Virus record (IMG/VR): IMGVR_UViG_2563366819_000003
Coordinates: 1-55,732 of that record
Direction: 5' to 3' (one strand)
Length of the DNA stretch: 55,732 nt
Source of the DNA: a virus
Taxonomy: Duplodnaviria > Heunggongvirae > Uroviricota > Caudoviricetes
The translations under genes were made by a program, and so were the position numbers. Below, in pieces: positions 1-9,878 of the stretch. Below the pieces are notes generated by a model. The model was given only the letters and a program-made list of their open reading frames with translations, made no database searches and was not told the DNA's origin. The first letter of the stretch is position 1. The number at the start of each line of letters is the position of its first letter.

Positions 1-1164
1 TTACGCCTTCTTTATATCCTCCATAATTCCAGAGTGGGACATATTTGGGACATTATCACCAAAAATGTCGTCTATTTTCCTCGCATGCTCTGTCAAATGA
101 TTAGGCGCAAGGTGAGCATACCTACGAACCATTTCTATGGACTCCCATCCGCCCATTTCCTGAAGCACTGATAATGGGACGCCTGACTGAATCAGCCAGC
201 TTGCCCAGGTGTGTCTGAGGTCATGGAAACGGAAATCTTCAATTCCTGCACGACGACAAGCTGATAGCCATGATGTCTTGCTGTCGATGCGCATCTTCCT
301 GACCGCAGGCGTTGATGTTCCATCTGCTCGCTTAGCCGCCTTGGTATGTACAAACACCCATTTGTGATGCTTGCCTATTTGATCACGCAACACTTTACAG
401 GCGGTATCGTTCAGCGCCACACCAATGGCGCGGTTTGATTTGCTCTCTTCTGGATTCACCCAGGCAACTCGTCGCTGCATGTCGATTTGTTGCCATTCCA
501 GATTTATGATGTTCGACTTTCTCAGACCAGTTGCCAGCGCAAACTTGACGACAGATTTCAGTGGTTCGGGGCACTCATCAATAAGGCGTTTTGCTTCCTC
601 CTTTTCCAGCCATCTGACTCGCTTGTTTCTGACCGCTGGTATCTTGATGACAGGCGCTTTTTCCAGCCACTTCCAGTCGCGTTCTGCAGCACGGAGAATG
701 GCCTTTATCATGGCAAGATGCTTTGCCTTTGTCTGAGTTGATACTGGCTTTGGTTCATAAACAGGCGGTTCTTTACCTTTCCTGATGGCGGCCTGAACTT
801 TCTGTTTCCATATTTCTTTCGTCTTTCTGTTATGCATTCTGCTTACAGCAGAGTAAATCTTTGCCTCCGAGATATCTTTAAGCCTTATACCCTCAAAATG
901 TTCAAGCCAGAACTCAATCCGGCTTTTATCTGAATCGAGAGATTTTTTATCAGCTTTTTCCTCAAGCCATCTTAGGCAGGCCTCTTCAAAAGTGACATCA
1001 GGTAAATCCCCTAGCTTTTCTACTCGCCAGAGTTCTGCTTTTCGCTTGTCGTGCAACTCCTGAGCTTGCCGCTTGTCCTTTGTGCCAAGAGATTCCTTAA
1101 TTCGTTTCCCGCCCGGGAGCGAATACGAGGCATACCATATTTCATTTCTGCGGAAGAGTGACAT
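1..1164 (-). CDS. int: Phage integrase, tyrosine recombinase (lambdoid, DLP12/phage-21-like)
   Basis: 387-aa ORF with C-terminal tyrosine-recombinase motifs ([25 protein letters not shown]); first gene of the prophage, followed by xis-like gene and exo/bet/gam. Stop codon at window position 1-3. Confidence 0.93.
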   Translation of the reverse strand: MSLFRRNEIWYASYSLPGGKRIKESLGTKDKRQAQELHDKRKAELWRVEKLGDLPDVTFEEACLRWLEEKADKKSLDSDKSRIEFWLEHFEGIRLKDISEAKIYSAVSRMHNRKTKEIWKQKVQAAIRKGKEPPVYEPKPVSTQTKAKHLAMIKAILRAAERDWKWLEKAPVIKIPAVRNKRVRWLEKEEAKRLIDECPEPLKSVVKFALATGLRKSNIINLEWQQIDMQRRVAWVNPEESKSNRAIGVALNDTACKVLRDQIGKHHKWVFVHTKAAKRADGTSTPAVRKMRIDSKTSWLSACRRAGIEDFRFHDLRHTWASWLIQSGVPLSVLQEMGGWESIEMVRRYAHLAPNHLTEHARKIDDIFGDNVPNMSHSGIMEDIKKA

Positions 1165-1391
1165 TTTCTTTCCTCTGTTATGCCATCACCCGCGCTCACC
1201 TGGACAGTATGCAGCGGAGACTGAAGCGCCGCAATGCAGGCTTGCCGTGTTGTGAGGTAAGGAGATTTTGGCTTGGTTGGATCTTTACGTGTTGCCTGTA
1301 GGCGGCCTGTTCGTATCCAGTTGGTGGCGGTTGGTCTGGATATCTTAAGAAACTGACAGGCCTCATCGAGTGTGAGGCTGTATGATTCCAT
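1020..1391 (-). CDS. Excisionase-like HTH protein (start chosen at MESYSL; overlaps int 5' end)
   Basis: HTH segment [26 protein letters not shown] typical of Xis/AlpA-type DNA-binding proteins; immediately upstream of int on same strand. Start and true length uncertain. Confidence 0.55.
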   Translation of the reverse strand: MESYSLTLDEACQFLKISRPTATNWIRTGRLQATRKDPTKPKSPYLTTRQACIAALQSPLHTVQVSAGDGITEERKCHSSAEMKYGMPRIRSRAGNELRNLLAQRTSGKLRSCTTSEKQNSGE

Positions 1392-1641
1392 GGTTACCTC
1401 TGCTTTTTGAACGCATGTCACGTAACTTCTTAATGTGTTCTGCCGTTTCGATCTCTTCTGCTATCCGATCTGCATCAGCTTTATTCACAGGTTCAAAGTC
1501 ATGATTAAAGCGGAACATGCTGGCGATACATGTTCTGCCTTTTCGGATGTAGTGAACTTTGTTGTGGGTAGAACGCAGGATTTTGCAGGGAGTGCCGTGG
1601 TGGTCGACGTACCAGGTGTTAGGAAAAATGATTCTGAACAT
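1363..1641 (-). CDS. Hypothetical small phage protein
   Basis: 92-aa ORF co-oriented with int/xis; no recognisable motif. Confidence 0.35.
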   Translation of the reverse strand: MFRIIFPNTWYVDHHGTPCKILRSTHNKVHYIRKGRTCIASMFRFNHDFEPVNKADADRIAEEIETAEHIKKLRDMRSKSRGNHGIIQPHTR

Positions 1642-1688
1642 TTTTACACCTCAGTTGGACGATGTTGAAATTTGCTGCTTTGAGGCCA

Positions 1689-1907
1689 TCACAGTCCCCA
1701 TTGTTTGTTCTTAAGTTCGATCTCCTCCTGGCAACTAGCACAAGTCCGACAACCCTGAACAGCCAGGCGTCTTCGCTCATCTATCGGATCGCCACACTCA
1801 CAACAATGAGTTGCGGATACAGTCTGGTAGTTCAGACGACGCATTTTTATTGCTGTATTGCGCTGTAATTCTTCGATTTCTGATGCTGAATCAATGATGT
1901 CTGCCAT
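1689..1907 (-). CDS. DksA/TraR-family C4 zinc-finger protein (lambda Orf73-like)
   Basis: 72 aa with CxxC...CxxC pattern (CCECGDPIDERRR...CRTCASC) as in TraR/DksA zinc fingers. Confidence 0.7.
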   Translation of the reverse strand: MADIIDSASEIEELQRNTAIKMRRLNYQTVSATHCCECGDPIDERRRLAVQGCRTCASCQEEIELKNKQWGL

Positions 1908-2060
1908 CTTTCATTAATCCCTGAATTGTTGGTTAATACGCTTGAGGATGAATGCGAACAATAAAAAAGGAGCCTGTAGCTCCCTGATGATTTTGCTTTT
2001 CATGTTCACCGTTCCTTAAAGACGCCGTACAGCATGCTGATATGAGACAATGTTGATTCA

Positions 2061-3125
2061 TTAAGTTGTTTCCAGACTTCCTTTGGTAAAAGCTTGTATC
2101 AGTCTGTTTGCTGCTGCTTTCTGCGCTGCCACATTGGCAATAACAGATAGTTTTTCCTGGCTGGCTTTCGTGCAGATCCCCGCCCAGTTATCCATCAGAA
2201 AAAAATCCTCTCTTTCTGCAGAGCTGGTAGTTGCACATAGTTTTTCGATCATAGAAGTTATTTCTGCGATGGAATGATTAACCATCATCTGTTGAACCGC
2301 AAAACCGAAAGCGTTAATCATTACTCCATGGAACTGAATATAATCGCGCTTGTACGTAGCGTGGTGTACACCATGTCGAATTGAGTCAATCTGAGTTAGT
2401 GTAATCCATGCCTCCCAGACAGATTCTATATATCCCATTTCAAGTTGTTGATTGCCGTTCCTAGCGAACTTTGACGTTGCATCAGTGAGTGCCTTGAAAC
2501 TCACCCACATATTACTTTTTAATGGCACTACGTTGTGTTCAAAATCGGTTATATCGGCAAATACAGTATGTTGGGTCAGGAAGGATATCATTCCCTGAGC
2601 AATATCATCCCGGCCGTTATACGCCATATTGATGGTCGCTGATGGCTTAGAAACGTTGTTATTTATGTCCGAAAAGAACTGCTGCCGGGTTTTTAGCGGC
2701 AGATTCATTGTAAGCATCATGGGAACCATGAGCGTTGATGGGGAACTTCGGCAAAATATCTCAATGCCAGCTGCACGATGTTGACCATCAAAAAGTTTTA
2801 TTTCGGCGTCGAGGGGAATTCTGGCTATACCAACATTTGTGTTGCCAAACGGTACAAATTCTATATTCGAATCACAGTTACCTACGAGAGGGGGAATGAT
2901 AAAAGGCTCATTTCTTGAGTCTGCGTTAGTGAGATAATTTAAAAATTTTCGTACTCGATTTGGATTAATTTCTCGCTGAGAGCGTTCCAGTGTATGGCCG
3001 TAATTATCTGAAGCGAGGAAACGAGCCAGCGATCTTCCTGGTATGGTAAGGAAGAGTGTAACAGTACCACCCTGTACACCTTGCGATGCCGGAAATTCGA
3101 ATGAATGATTACCAACCTGACTCAT
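2061..3125 (-). CDS. DGQHR-domain protein (DndB-like, ParB-like nuclease fold)
   Basis: 354-aa ORF containing the literal motif DGQHR (KLFDGQHRAAGIE) characteristic of the DndB/DGQHR family; sits in the non-essential region between xis and exo. Confidence 0.7.
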   Translation of the reverse strand: MSQVGNHSFEFPASQGVQGGTVTLFLTIPGRSLARFLASDNYGHTLERSQREINPNRVRKFLNYLTNADSRNEPFIIPPLVGNCDSNIEFVPFGNTNVGIARIPLDAEIKLFDGQHRAAGIEIFCRSSPSTLMVPMMLTMNLPLKTRQQFFSDINNNVSKPSATINMAYNGRDDIAQGMISFLTQHTVFADITDFEHNVVPLKSNMWVSFKALTDATSKFARNGNQQLEMGYIESVWEAWITLTQIDSIRHGVHHATYKRDYIQFHGVMINAFGFAVQQMMVNHSIAEITSMIEKLCATTSSAEREDFFLMDNWAGICTKASQEKLSVIANVAAQKAAANRLIQAFTKGSLETT

Positions 3126-3276
3126 ATATCCTCCTGTTTATTATTTATCTTCTCAGCCAGCCGCTGTGCTTTCAGTGGATTTCTGATAACAGAAAGGCCG
3201 GGAAATACCCAGCCTCGCTTTGTAATTGAGTAGACGAAAGTGATCGCGCCTACCCGGATATTATCGTGAGGATGCG

Positions 3277-3957
3277 TCATCGCCATTGCTCCCCAAATAC
3301 AAAACCAATTTCAGCCAGTGCCTCGTCCATTTTTTCGATGAACTCCGGCACCATCTCGTCAAAACTCGCTATGTACTTTTCATCCCGCTCAACCACGACA
3401 TAATGCAGGCCTTCACGCTTCATACGCGGGTCATAGTTGGCAAAGTACCAGGCATCTTTTCGCGTCACCCACATGCTGTACTGCACCTGGGCCATGTAAG
3501 CCGACTTTATGGCCTCGAAACCACCGAGCCGGAACTTCATGAAATCCCGGGAGGTAAACGGGCATTTCAGCTCAAGGCCATTGCCGTCACTGCATAAACC
3601 ATCGGGAGAGCAGGCGGTGCGCATACTTTCGTCGCGATAGATGATCGGGGATTCAATAACATTTACGCCGGAAGTGAACTCAAACAGGGTTCTGGCGTCG
3701 TTCTCGTACTGTTTTCCCCAGGCCAGCGCTTTAGCGTTAACTTCCGGAGCCACACCGGTGCAAACCTCAGCCAGCAGGGTGTGGAAGTAGGACATTTTCA
3801 TGTCAGGCCACTTCTTTCCTGATCGGGGCTTTGCTATCACGTTGTGAACTTCTGAAGCGGTGATGACGCCGAGCCGTAATTTGTGCCATGCATCATCCCC
3901 CTGTTCGACAGCTCTCACGTCGATCCCGGTACGCTGCAGGATAATGTACGGTGTCAT
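3277..3957 (-). CDS. exo: Lambda exonuclease (Red-alpha)
   Basis: 226 aa, near-identical over full length to lambda Exo as recalled ([39 protein letters not shown]...GFVFGEQWR). Confidence 0.96.
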   Translation of the reverse strand: MTPYIILQRTGIDVRAVEQGDDAWHKLRLGVITASEVHNVIAKPRSGKKWPDMKMSYFHTLLAEVCTGVAPEVNAKALAWGKQYENDARTLFEFTSGVNVIESPIIYRDESMRTACSPDGLCSDGNGLELKCPFTSRDFMKFRLGGFEAIKSAYMAQVQYSMWVTRKDAWYFANYDPRMKREGLHYVVVERDEKYIASFDEMVPEFIEKMDEALAEIGFVFGEQWR

Positions 3958-4739
3958 GCTGCCACCTTCTGCTCAGTGGCTTTCTGTTTCAGGAATCCAA
4001 GAGCTTTCACTGCTTCGGCCTGTGTCAGTTCTGACGATGCGCGAATGTCGCGGCGAAATATCTGGGAACAGAGCGGCAATAAGTCGTCATCCCATGTTTT
4101 ATCCAGGGCAATCAGCAGAGTGTTAATCTCCTGCATGGTTTCATCGTTAACCGGAGTGATGTCGCGTTCCGGCTGACGTTCTGCAGTGTATGCGGTATTT
4201 TCGACAATGCGCTCGGCTTCATCCTTGTCATAGATACCAGCAAATCCGAAGGCGAGACGGGCACACTGAATCATGGCTTTATGCCGTAACATCCGTTTGG
4301 GATGCGACTGCCACGGCCCCGTGATTTCTCTGCCTTCGCGGGTTTTGAATGGTTCGCGGCGGCATTCATCCATCCACTCGGTAACGCAGATCGGATGATT
4401 GCGGTCTTTGCGGTAAATCCGGCATGTGCAGGATTCGTTGTCCTGTTCAAAGTCCATGCCGTCAAACTGCTGGTTTTCGTTGATGATGCGGGACCAGCCA
4501 TCAACGCCCACCACCGGAACGATGCCGTTCTGCTTATCGGGGAAGGCGTAAATTTCTTTCGTCCACGGATTAAGGCCGTATTGGTTGGCGACGATCAGCA
4601 ATGCGATGAACTGCGCATCGCTGGCATCGCCTTTAAATGCTGTCTGGCGAAGAGTGGTGATCAGTTCCTGTGGGTCGACAGAATCCATGCCGACACGTTC
4701 AGCCAGCTTCCCAGCCAGCGTTGCGAGTGCTGTACTCAT
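3954..4739 (-). CDS. bet: Recombination protein Bet (Red-beta)
   Basis: 261 aa, matches lambda Bet ([59 protein letters not shown]...). Confidence 0.96.
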   Translation of the reverse strand: MSTALATLAGKLAERVGMDSVDPQELITTLRQTAFKGDASDAQFIALLIVANQYGLNPWTKEIYAFPDKQNGIVPVVGVDGWSRIINENQQFDGMDFEQDNESCTCRIYRKDRNHPICVTEWMDECRREPFKTREGREITGPWQSHPKRMLRHKAMIQCARLAFGFAGIYDKDEAERIVENTAYTAERQPERDITPVNDETMQEINTLLIALDKTWDDDLLPLCSQIFRRDIRASSELTQAEAVKALGFLKQKATEQKVAA

Positions 4740-4744
4740 CCGTT

Positions 4745-5041
4745 TTATACCTCTGAATCAATATCAACCTGGTGGTGAGCAATGGTTTCAACCATGTACC
4801 GGATGTGTTCTGCCATGCGCTCCTGAAACTCAACATCGTCATCAAACGCACGGGTAATGGCTTTTTTGCTGGCCCCGTGGCGTTGCAAATGATCGATGCA
4901 TAGCGATTCAAACAGGTGCTGGGGCAGGCCTTTTTCCATGTCGTCTGCAAGTTCTGCCTCTTTCTCTTCACGGGCGATCTGCTGGTAGTGACGCGCCCAG
5001 CTCTGAGCCTCAAGACGATCCTGAATGTAATAAGCGTTCAT
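4745..5041 (-). CDS. gam: Gam (RecBCD inhibitor), short GamS-length form
   Basis: 98 aa, matches lambda GamS ([21 protein letters not shown]...[10 protein letters not shown]). Confidence 0.93.
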   Translation of the reverse strand: MNAYYIQDRLEAQSWARHYQQIAREEKEAELADDMEKGLPQHLFESLCIDHLQRHGASKKAITRAFDDDVEFQERMAEHIRYMVETIAHHQVDIDSEV

Positions 5042-5170
5042 GGATAAACTCCTGAAATTTTGATGTGCGGATCCAGACAGTGCGTTAACTGCATAGTTGT
5101 TTGAATGAACTCGCTTGATTAATCAAAATGTTGGATCACACTATGTCTTGCTCAAAATCTGATAAATAAG

Positions 5171-5485
5171 GTGTCTAGAATGCTGATTGATAAGTTAAAG
5201 TCTTCTCCGATGTACCCAACCGCAGAAATGGGTAAGCAGTCGAAAAAGAATCATTGGTATGTAAGGGAAAAGGGGAGTGATCAACCGCAAGACCAGACCT
5301 GGAGAGCTTGGTGGGAATCTCGCTCGCTTGGCAAAGGCCATATCAATTGGAGATCTACATGCGTAGCAGAAAATGTACTCGATCCATTCAATCCGCCATC
5401 TCGGTTTGAGGTTGATTTCAAAGCCCCTGATGGGAGTATCTACAACCTTGAATTTGCTTTGGCTCCACACGGCCCAAACAAGTGA
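5171..5485 (+). CDS. Hypothetical protein (possible moron, opposite orientation to early left operon)
   Basis: 104-aa ORF on plus strand between gam and the immunity region; no recognisable motif. Confidence 0.35.
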   Translation: MSRMLIDKLKSSPMYPTAEMGKQSKKNHWYVREKGSDQPQDQTWRAWWESRSLGKGHINWRSTCVAENVLDPFNPPSRFEVDFKAPDGSIYNLEFALAPHGPNK

Positions 5486-5489
5486 GTAG

Positions 5490-5780
5490 TTAGTGGCTCA
5501 GACCACCGCCAGTACCATTCAGGTAAACCTCCACGAGCAAATCTTTTGTGTACGTTCGTTCGATGCCGCGATGCAAGTAAAGCCGACCGCGCAAATTAGC
5601 TGATGCCGTCCAGGTACCATCTTTGTGTTTAACCAGCATACCTGGCCGGACGGCACCGCGATTAACGGTCTGAGTTCCGTAATGTTGATGAACCATAAAA
5701 ACTCCTGCCCGTAAGCTGGGCTGCTGAACATATAGAGACTTCTGCGCGTATTCAGGCGGTGGATGGCCGCCGGTTGTCAT
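5490..5780 (-). CDS. Hypothetical protein (first ORF downstream of presumed pL)
   Basis: 96-aa ORF, convergent with 5171..5485; occupies the position where an N-like gene would be expected but lacks an Arg-rich N-terminus. Confidence 0.35.
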   Translation of the reverse strand: MTTGGHPPPEYAQKSLYVQQPSLRAGVFMVHQHYGTQTVNRGAVRPGMLVKHKDGTWTASANLRGRLYLHRGIERTYTKDLLVEVYLNGTGGGLSH

Positions 5781-6291
5781 AACTAAGCCGCCTCGTTGAA
5801 GCGACTAAGGTATGAAATGTTGAGTTAATTTCAGCTGGTCACACCGACGTTCACGCGTCCGTTTCACCCCTCGCACTCCCCGAAGCCTGCTGAAATTCAA
5901 ACTGCGGATCTAAGCGGTCATCGCAACGGTGAATCAGGTAGTTGCCGTATCGTTGTGTTGTTGCGATGAACTTATTTAAAACTATAGTTGTTTTATCGTC
6001 AACAACAAAAGTTGTTTTATTGGTTGTTTTAGATATAACTGGTTGTATTTAGGATGGATTTATTTTGTGACTTGAATCGCATAGCGATAACTGAAGCGAG
6101 GTTATGGTGGTTTTTTTAACGGTGTGTGTGATGAGGGGAGGGCAAAAGAAAACCCGGCACGGTGACCGGGATTCTTACGCCGTTAGGTAAAGATATTATT
6201 GCGGTGGCTTAATATTACTACCTAGAGCAAAGATAGGAATTAGTTCTTTACTGAATGAGCACAATGCCCAGTTGATAATTTTTAATTGGTA

Positions 6292-6981
6292 CTACCCATG
6301 CTTCCTATATGTCTGCGGCATGCTCCCAATAACCTTACCGAAGATGAACACCCGGTTCATCTCGTCTTTCTCGATCGGGTCCCACGGTGAGTAGCTTTTG
6401 TTATCAGAGATGACCAGCAGCTTATCCTTCATCATTTGCAGGCGCTTTACATGGGCTGTGTCGTCGTACAGAAACGCATAGATACCATCACCGTCGAAAG
6501 ATTTAACTGTGATATCAACGAACAGCAGATCACCTGGTTCGATCGTTCCTGACATGCTGTCACCACGCACGTTAATGATGCGGATATTTTCCGCCTTCCT
6601 ACCATCGAACATGTGACGAGCATCGTCAAACGAGTACTCAACCGAGCGTAGAACTTCTACAAACTCACGGTTGATGACTCCCGGCCCAGCACTGACTTCT
6701 ATATCAAGAACGTCAATCTTGAAGTATTTGGAATGGCTGACAGTTGATTGTATTGGTTGCACTGTACTGTCTGACATATTTCCAACGCCAGAAGATAACC
6801 ATTCTGCGCGCACACCCAAAGCGTTCGCGATCTCCACGATTTTAGTTGTTTGATTAGCTTTCCCTGTTTCGATTTTCTGAATAGCAGCCTGGCTAACCCC
6901 GACCAAATCCCCAAGCGCCTTTTGTGTAAGGCCTCGCGCTAATCTGGCTTCTTTAAGTCTTTCTGAGAGTGTTGTTTTCAT
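6292..6981 (-). CDS. cI: CI-like prophage repressor (HTH_XRE + LexA-like S24 peptidase domain)
   Basis: N-terminal HTH (LSERLKEARLARGLTQKALGDLVGVSQAAIQKIETGK) and C-terminal S24 signature (VRGDSMSGTIEPGDLLFVD ... KRL); divergent from cro-like gene. Start chosen at MKTTL. Confidence 0.85.
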   Translation of the reverse strand: MKTTLSERLKEARLARGLTQKALGDLVGVSQAAIQKIETGKANQTTKIVEIANALGVRAEWLSSGVGNMSDSTVQPIQSTVSHSKYFKIDVLDIEVSAGPGVINREFVEVLRSVEYSFDDARHMFDGRKAENIRIINVRGDSMSGTIEPGDLLFVDITVKSFDGDGIYAFLYDDTAHVKRLQMMKDKLLVISDNKSYSPWDPIEKDEMNRVFIFGKVIGSMPQTYRKHG

Positions 6982-7085
6982 AGTCCAAATGTACAACCAA
7001 GGTTTTATTCCATCAAACGAAAATGGTTGTTGACTAAAAACAACCATAGTTTTAATCTTGATTCAAATTAACCACGGAGGTTGTT
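6982..7085. promoter_or_regulatory. Divergent pRM/pR-type promoter-operator region between repressor and cro-like gene
   Basis: 104-bp intergenic region containing inverted repeats ATGGTTGTT ... AACAACCAT; position between divergently transcribed repressor and cro. Confidence 0.5.
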
Positions 7086-7316
7086 ATGAACCCAGCTATC
7101 AAAACAGCGATCAGTATCGTTGGTTCACAAAAGAAACTGGGCGCTGCTTGCAAAGTTTCACAGCAGGCCGTCTATAAGTGGCTTCACAACAAAGCAAAGG
7201 TATCCCCTGAACATGTCGGCAGCATTGTTACGGCTACTGGTGGAGTAGTGAAGGCATACCAGATTCGCCCGGATCTTCCGAAGTTGTTTCCACACACCGA
7301 AAAGAACGCAGCTTAA
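7086..7316 (+). CDS. Cro-like HTH repressor (YdaS family)
   Basis: 76 aa, HTH (KKLGAACKVSQQAVYKWL), first gene rightward of repressor. Confidence 0.75.
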   Translation: MNPAIKTAISIVGSQKKLGAACKVSQQAVYKWLHNKAKVSPEHVGSIVTATGGVVKAYQIRPDLPKLFPHTEKNAA

Positions 7317-7385
7317 ATTTCCATTTCACGCTCTTTAACAATAAGCAATCAACTTAACAGTCAATTCAAACTAAAGGAGTCAATT

Positions 7386-7925
7386 ATGCAACCACTTACA
7401 TACCAACAGACTAGCGGATTTAGCCCGACTGCGGTGATAAATCGTTCTCAAACAAAACAGGTGCCAGGCCACGAAAAAATCCGTGATGCCGTCCGCGCCT
7501 GGTCGGCTGTAGATAATCAGGATGTCGTTGCCACACTCATTGTGAATGAGTATCGGGAGCAGGGCGGCGGCACCATCGATTTCCCTGATGATGTCAGCCG
7601 TGCACGCCAGAAGCTGTTCCGCTTCCTCGATAACAAATTCGATTCTGAAAAATACCGAAATAACGTGCGTGAACTGACCCCGGCAATTCTGGCGGTACTA
7701 CCGCTGGAATATCGCGGTTACCTGGTTGAGCAGGATAGCTTCATGGCTAGGTTGGCTGAAATGGAAAAGGAACTCAGTGAGGCAAAACAGGCTGTCATTC
7801 TCAACGCACCACGCCACCAGAAACTGAAGGAAATTAGTGAAGGTATTGTGTCGATGTTTCGTGTGGACCCAGATCTGGCTGGTCCATTGATGGCGATGGT
7901 TACTACCATGCTGGGGGCGATATGA
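7386..7925 (+). CDS. YdaT-like / CII-position regulatory protein
   Basis: 179 aa; segment EYREQGGG...LTPAILAVLPLEYR resembles Rac YdaT (EEYLRQGGG...LIPAILAILPRELR) as recalled; located between cro and O. Confidence 0.55.
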   Translation: MQPLTYQQTSGFSPTAVINRSQTKQVPGHEKIRDAVRAWSAVDNQDVVATLIVNEYREQGGGTIDFPDDVSRARQKLFRFLDNKFDSEKYRNNVRELTPAILAVLPLEYRGYLVEQDSFMARLAEMEKELSEAKQAVILNAPRHQKLKEISEGIVSMFRVDPDLAGPLMAMVTTMLGAI

Positions 7926-8011
7926 CAGGTTCAGAAATGGCGAAAGCCGGTCTGCTGGAACAGAACCGACTTTCAGGTGCAAATCGTAACACACTCATTG
8001 CGGGAGGAATT

Positions 8012-8941
8012 ATGGCAAACACTGCTGAGATATTCAATTTTCCAGTGCCGGATGCGGCACAAAAGGAGCCGCGCGTGGCAGATCTCGATGATGGTTATAC
8101 GCGCATTGCAAATGAGTTGCTGGAAGCTGTGATGCTGGCCGGATTAACACAGCACCAGCTTCTGGTCTTTCTGGCTGTCATGCGCAAAACATATGGCTTT
8201 AATAAAAAACTGGATTGGGTTAGCAACGAGCAACTTTCCGAATTAACCGGGATATTGCCGCACAAGTGTTCTGCTGCAAAAAGTGTTCTGGTAAAGCGTG
8301 GGATTTTTATTCAGAGCGGGCGGAATACCGGCATTAATAATGTGGTCAGTGAATGGTCAACATTACCCGAATCAGGTAAGAAAAATAAAGTTTACCTGAA
8401 AGAGGTAAATTTACCTGAATCAGGTAAAAAAAGTTTACCCAAATCAGGTAAAGGCGTTTACCCGAATCAGGTAAACACAAAAGACAAACTAACAAAAGAC
8501 AATATAAAACCTTTTTCGTCCGAGAATTCTGGCGAATCCTCTGACCAACCAGAAAACGATCTTCCTGTGGTGAAACCGGATGCTGCAATTCAGAGCGGCA
8601 GCAAGTGGGGGACAGCAGAAGACCTGACCGCCGCAGAGTGGATGTTTGACATGGTGAAGACCATCGCGCCATCAGCCAGAAAACCGAATTTTGCAGGGTG
8701 GGCTAACGATATCCGCCTGATGCGTGAACGTGACGGACGTAACCACCGCGACATGTGCGTGCTGTTCCGCTGGGCATGCCAGGACAACTTCTGGTCCGGT
8801 AACGTGCTAAGTCCGGCCAAACTCCGCGACAAGTGGACCCAGCTCGAAATCAACCGAAACAAGCAACAGGCTGGCGTGACAGCCGGCAAACCAAAACTCG
8901 ACCTGACGAACACTGACTGGATTTACGGGGTGGAGCTATGA
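8012..8941 (+). CDS. O: Replication initiation protein O
   Basis: N-terminal domain similar to lambda O (VADLDDGYTRIANELLEA...RKTYGFNK); ori iterons embedded in coding sequence; RBS GGGAGG before ATG at 8012. Confidence 0.9.
   Translation: MANTAEIFNFPVPDAAQKEPRVADLDDGYTRIANELLEAVMLAGLTQHQLLVFLAVMRKTYGFNKKLDWVSNEQLSELTGILPHKCSAAKSVLVKRGIFIQSGRNTGINNVVSEWSTLPESGKKNKVYLKEVNLPESGKKSLPKSGKGVYPNQVNTKDKLTKDNIKPFSSENSGESSDQPENDLPVVKPDAAIQSGSKWGTAEDLTAAEWMFDMVKTIAPSARKPNFAGWANDIRLMRERDGRNHRDMCVLFRWACQDNFWSGNVLSPAKLRDKWTQLEINRNKQQAGVTAGKPKLDLTNTDWIYGVEL
8363..8476. repeat. Lambda-type origin iterons (5 copies of about 18 bp, each an inverted repeat TTTACC..GGTAAA) inside O
   Basis: Repeats ttacccgaatcaggtaa / tttacctgaaagaggtaaa / ttacctgaatcaggtaaa / tttacccaaatcaggtaaa / tttacccgaatcaggtaaa followed by an A-rich tract. 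Confidence 0.75.
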
Positions 8942-9639
8942 AAAACATCGCCGCACAGATGGTTAACTTTGACTGTGAGCAGATGCGCCGGATCGCCAAC
9001 AACATGCCGGAACAGTACGACGAAAAGCCACAGGTACAGCAGGTAGCGCAGATCATCAACGGTGTGTTCAGCCAGTTACTGGCAACTTTCCCGGCAAGCC
9101 TGGCTAACCGTGACCAGAATGAACTGAACGAAATCCGCCGCCAGTGGGTTCTGGCTTTCCGGGAAAACGGGATCACCACAATGGAACAGGTTAACGCTGG
9201 AATGCGCGTAGCCCGTCGGCAGAATCGACCATTCCTGCCATCACCCGGGCAGTTTGTCGCCTGGTGCCGGGAAGAAGCATCTGTTAACGCCGGGCTGCCA
9301 AACGTCAGCGAGCTGGTTGATATGGTTTACGAGTATTGCCGGAAGCGTGGCCTGTATCCGGATGCAGAGTCTTATCCGTGGAAATCGAACGCGCATTACT
9401 GGTTGGTTACCAACTTGTACCAGAACATGCGGGCCAATGCGCTGACTGACGCGGAATTACGGCGCAAGGCTGCCGATGAACTGACCTGTATGACAGCGCG
9501 AATTAACCGTGGTGAGACGATACCTGAACCAGTAAAACAACTTCCTGTTATGGGCGGTAGACCTCTAAATCGTGCACAGGCTCTGGCGAAGATCGCAGAA
9601 ATTAAAGCTAAGTTTGGACTGAAAGGATCGATGAAATAG
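8938..9639 (+). CDS. P: Replication protein P (DnaB helicase loader)
   Basis: 233 aa, near-identical to lambda P as recalled (MKNIAAQMVNFD.EQMRRIANNMPEQYDEKPQVQQ...). Confidence 0.95.
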   Translation: MKNIAAQMVNFDCEQMRRIANNMPEQYDEKPQVQQVAQIINGVFSQLLATFPASLANRDQNELNEIRRQWVLAFRENGITTMEQVNAGMRVARRQNRPFLPSPGQFVAWCREEASVNAGLPNVSELVDMVYEYCRKRGLYPDAESYPWKSNAHYWLVTNLYQNMRANALTDAELRRKAADELTCMTARINRGETIPEPVKQLPVMGGRPLNRAQALAKIAEIKAKFGLKGSMK

Positions 9640-9878
9640 AGCTAAAATATTAGCTTTAAAATAAAGTATATCTAGCGAATATAATCCAGGACTGGTTGTA
9701 ATGCCCGCAATAATTGATTGCGTGAGTAATAAAATTTTTCTTCCATTGTAATCATTTAACCATAAAGTTTATGTGGATATTTTATTTGTGTGTTGATTTT
9801 TTTGTAACGTTCTGTATATTTCGCACCTCTTGTCATACCAGTTATTTTTTTCATTATATTCATAACGTTGATTGAACT

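Noticed and set aside
7086-7925. YdaS/YdaT-like pair as a toxin-antitoxin system
   Set aside because: Their position directly rightward of the repressor, between operator and O, is that of cro and a cII-like regulator; no independent evidence of toxicity can be read from sequence.
8363-8476. Short regularly spaced repeats as a CRISPR array
   Set aside because: Only five repeats, lying inside the O coding sequence with spacer lengths of a few bp; these are replication-origin iterons. No cas genes in the window.
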